Shown here: piece by piece, positions 61,413 through 64,000 of the stretch | Numbering within the stretch: position 1 is the stretch's first letter | How the letters are laid out: every line of letters starts with the position of its first letter | Source: Mustelus asterias | Lineage: Eukaryota | Direction: 5' to 3' | DNA: 64,000 nucleotides | NCBI RefSeq assembly: GCF_964213995.1 | Contig: NC_135809.1 | Location: forward strand, 134,106,001-134,170,000 | The notes under the pieces: generated by a model | What the model saw: the letters and a program-made list of their open reading frames with translations, nothing else | What the model was told of the DNA's origin: nothing | The model's database searches: none | Position numbers and translations under genes: made by a program

Positions 61413-61720
61413 GGGCGACACGGTGGCACAGTGGTTCGCACTGCTGCCTCACAGCGGCAGGAACCCGGGTTCAATTCCAGCCATGGATAACCGTGTGGAG
61501 TTTGCATGTTCTCCCCGTGTCTGTGTGGGTTTCCTCCCAGAGTCCAAAGATGTGCAGGTTAGGTGGATTGGCCATGCTAAATTGCCCCTTAATGTGAGGG
61601 GTTTAGTGTCAGGGTAAATATATGTGGTTATGGGATAGGGCCTGGATGGGATTGTTGTCGGTGCAGACTCAATGGGCCGAATGGCCTCCTTCTGCACCGT
61701 AGGGATTCTATGATTCTATT
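61413..61720 (+). mobile_element. HE1 SINE, tail a
   Basis: Head, V core and gggccgaatggcctcc..attctatgattctat. Confidence 0.9.
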
Positions 61721-61837
61721 GTGACTTGGTGAAAATTCAGGCCCAACCTATCTGCACTTCGTTCACTTCCAATTTTAACAGAGAGGTGAGGTGGTGAGTT
61801 TGGAGGGTGGGTGAGGTTTGTATTTAAATCTTTTAGT

Positions 61838-62130
61838 GAGGTGGCATGTCAGAGCATTTGTTGCCCATCCCTAGTTGCTCTTGAACCGAGTGGCTTGCTC
61901 AGCCAGTTCAGAGGGAAGTTAAGAGTCAACCACATCATTTTAGTTTGGAGTCAGATATAGGCCAGACCAGGCAAGGACGGCAGATTTCCTTCCCTAAAGG
62001 AATGTTAATGAACCAATTTACAACGATTAACAGTGATTTCATGGTCATCATTAGATTTTTAACTCCAGATTTTTATTGACTGGAATTTCCACCATCTGGA
62101 ACAGTGAGATTCAAACTCAGATCCCGGAGG
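61838..62130 (-). mobile_element. tRNA-derived SINE, family X
   Basis: Core ggcagatttccttccctaaagg. Confidence 0.78.
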
Positions 62131-62140
62131 ATTGCACCCG

Positions 62141-62700
62141 TGGCTAAATCTTACCAAATAATGCCAGAGTGTTTTTTCCGATGAGAAAACTGGTATGTTT
62201 AGAAACAGGTCAGTTTTCTCTCCAGATCTTCTGACATTCTGCTAAAAAAAATCAAGAAGGCATGTTTCACCCTACCATAGAGGGGGGATGGGGCCTAAAC
62301 TCAGCAAAAACTGGCTGCACAGAGATCATAACCTTTAGAAACCTCCCCCCGCCACCACCAACCCCACCCACGGAGGTCTCAGGGCCTTCCCTCCGCACCC
62401 CTGATTGGAGCCGATCGCTTCTCCCCCTACCCCCAATCATTGGCCCCTTCTCCCCCCACCCCCCGATCATCAGCCTTCTCCCCCCTTCCCTGGCCATGGG
62501 TACCCACCTCCCACTCACCCTCCCCACAGTCTGAGCCGGCATCCATATACCCACTTACCCCCCCCCCCCCCAACGGCCATCACTGGCATCCCCAGTCCCT
62601 CTGTCTGCCCATGTTGGCACTGCCAGGTTGGCACTGCCAGGTTAGCATGGGCATGGTGCCAACCTGTGCCAAGCAGGCAATGCCAGGTCATAAGATTGCA
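62141..62700 (+). mobile_element. Non-autonomous DNA-element fragment with a C-rich interior
   Basis: Homologous to 21660-21985. Terminus ggctaaatcttacc. Confidence 0.5.
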
Positions 62701-62996
62701 CCCAATATTTGTTCATCATGAGTATTCTTTTGCCTTGCTTATTTCATTTATAATTATCTCACACTTAACTGTTCTGTTTGGAATCATCTGAATAATTTCA
62801 TATTTAAATGTTTTGTTTTAATGTTTCAAGAAATCATTAGTAGAATTTTGTAAGGTTTAATGGAAAACATTAATTAACAAAAATAATGTTATAAATACAC
62901 ATGTTAACGAAATATTTTACTTTAGCAGCTGCGCTACGACATTTCGTTTAATTGCCTCATCTTTTCAAAGTTCTTACAAAGTATATTGTCACCAGC

Positions 62997-63103
62997 AAGG
63001 AGCTAAGAGAGGGAAGGAGGGGTATGAGGAGGGGCAGGGAGAGATAGAGGGAAGGGAGGGGAGAGAGAGAGAGAGGGAAGGAGGGGGAAGGAGGAGGGAG
63101 GGT
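62997..63103 (+). repeat. Purine-rich (GA/GGA) low-complexity tract
   Basis: Base composition. Confidence 0.85.
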
Positions 63104-63712
63104 TTGGACATAAAAATTGTACATTTGACATGTAGCCTGCATCTTCTGTACCCCATCAAAGCCTCAATAGAACCTCAGTGATTTTAAGAAGCCAAGCTAA
63201 AAATGTAATGTGCCAGCAGTGGTGGAACATGACTCCAGATTTCAATCCGCACTGGATTCCGCAACACCTCTCAGAGAGATAGTTCACATCAACTTACAGG
63301 AGACTTGCATATGTCATCTTAAAGAATACACTTCCCTAAAGCATTAGAAATGGCCAAGTTGCATACCTTCCACTGTTAATGTAGAACCCATTTCACCCTT
63401 TCTCTTAAGAGGTTTCTAACGATCAACATTGCATCAGGAAGACTCCTAAAATTGGAATAAACAACTCTGCTTAAAATAAATAGCAAGATCCAAATGGAGT
63501 TCAGCTGAAACTTAACAGACACTGCAAACCCAGTTTGTCACATATGAACATACTTTTTACTGGAATTAACAGTATGCTATGACAAAGTTGGAAAATAATT
63601 TAAAAACATTTTTCTTTTACTTTCTGTGCAATACTTTTATTTTAAATATCTTTGTAAAACATTTACAAAAAAAATTAACCATCTAAAGAATGTCTGCTGC
63701 CTTTACTCATAG

Positions 63713-63912
63713 TACAGTAAGCGTTTTAACAACACCAGGTTAAAGTCCAACAGGTTTATTTGGTAGCAAATACCATTAGCTTTTGGAGCGCTGCTCCTTC
63801 GTCAGATGGAGTGGAAATCTGCTCTCAAACAGGGCTGTTTGGACTTTAACCTGGTGTTGTTAAAACGCTTACTGTGTTTACCCCAGTCCAATGCCGGCAT
63901 CTCCACGTCATG
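63713..63912. mobile_element. 200 bp Penelope-like hairpin mini-element
   Basis: Inverted arms plus tail. 11 bp TSD tttactcatag at 63702-63712 and 63913-63923. Mutated hammerhead on minus at 63773-63809. Confidence 0.88.
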
Positions 63913-64000
63913 TTTACTCATAGCAGCCAGAACAGAACAAAGTTTGCAAATAAATAAGTGTGAATACTCACCTACTGTTGGGGGAAGTTAGGGAGATTCT

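Noticed and set aside
1-64000. CRISPR array, operons or other prokaryotic systems
   Set aside because: The DNA is a eukaryotic repeat landscape with no regularly spaced repeats. ORFs starting at non-ATG codons are artefacts of the ORF caller.

Overview
This is repeat-dominated vertebrate genomic DNA. The repeat content (HE1/V-type SINEs, HER1/CR1 LINEs, Deu-domain SINEs, Penelope-like elements) points to a shark or other elasmobranch. I recognised no host protein-coding gene, rRNA or tRNA gene. Most ORFs in the supplied track are LINE/SINE fragments or chance frames. The window holds about 20 CR1 fragments, Rex1/Babar-type LINE fragments, a second CR1/L2-group LINE with a partner SINE, about 14 HE1-type SINEs with two different tails, two decayed Gypsy internal regions (one in Gmr1-like IN-before-RT order), solo LTRs and MITE-like elements. 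It also holds six Penelope-like insertions, four with clear 10-13 bp target-site duplications. The first main signal is a set of minimal type I hammerhead ribozymes in the Penelope pseudo-LTRs. Their stem III has no loop and is palindromic, so they could only fold as dimers. Several sit in hairpin-shaped mini-elements, and several are inactivated at CpG sites. The second is a cluster of local duplications of non-repeat DNA: a near-perfect 1756 bp tandem duplication plus several short direct or inverted copies 1-3.3 kb from their partners. The third is tail modularity in retroposons: a V-SINE with a Rex1/Babar-like tail, and a CR1 with a rebuilt 3' end. Coordinates were read by eye, and boundaries of old repeats are approximate.
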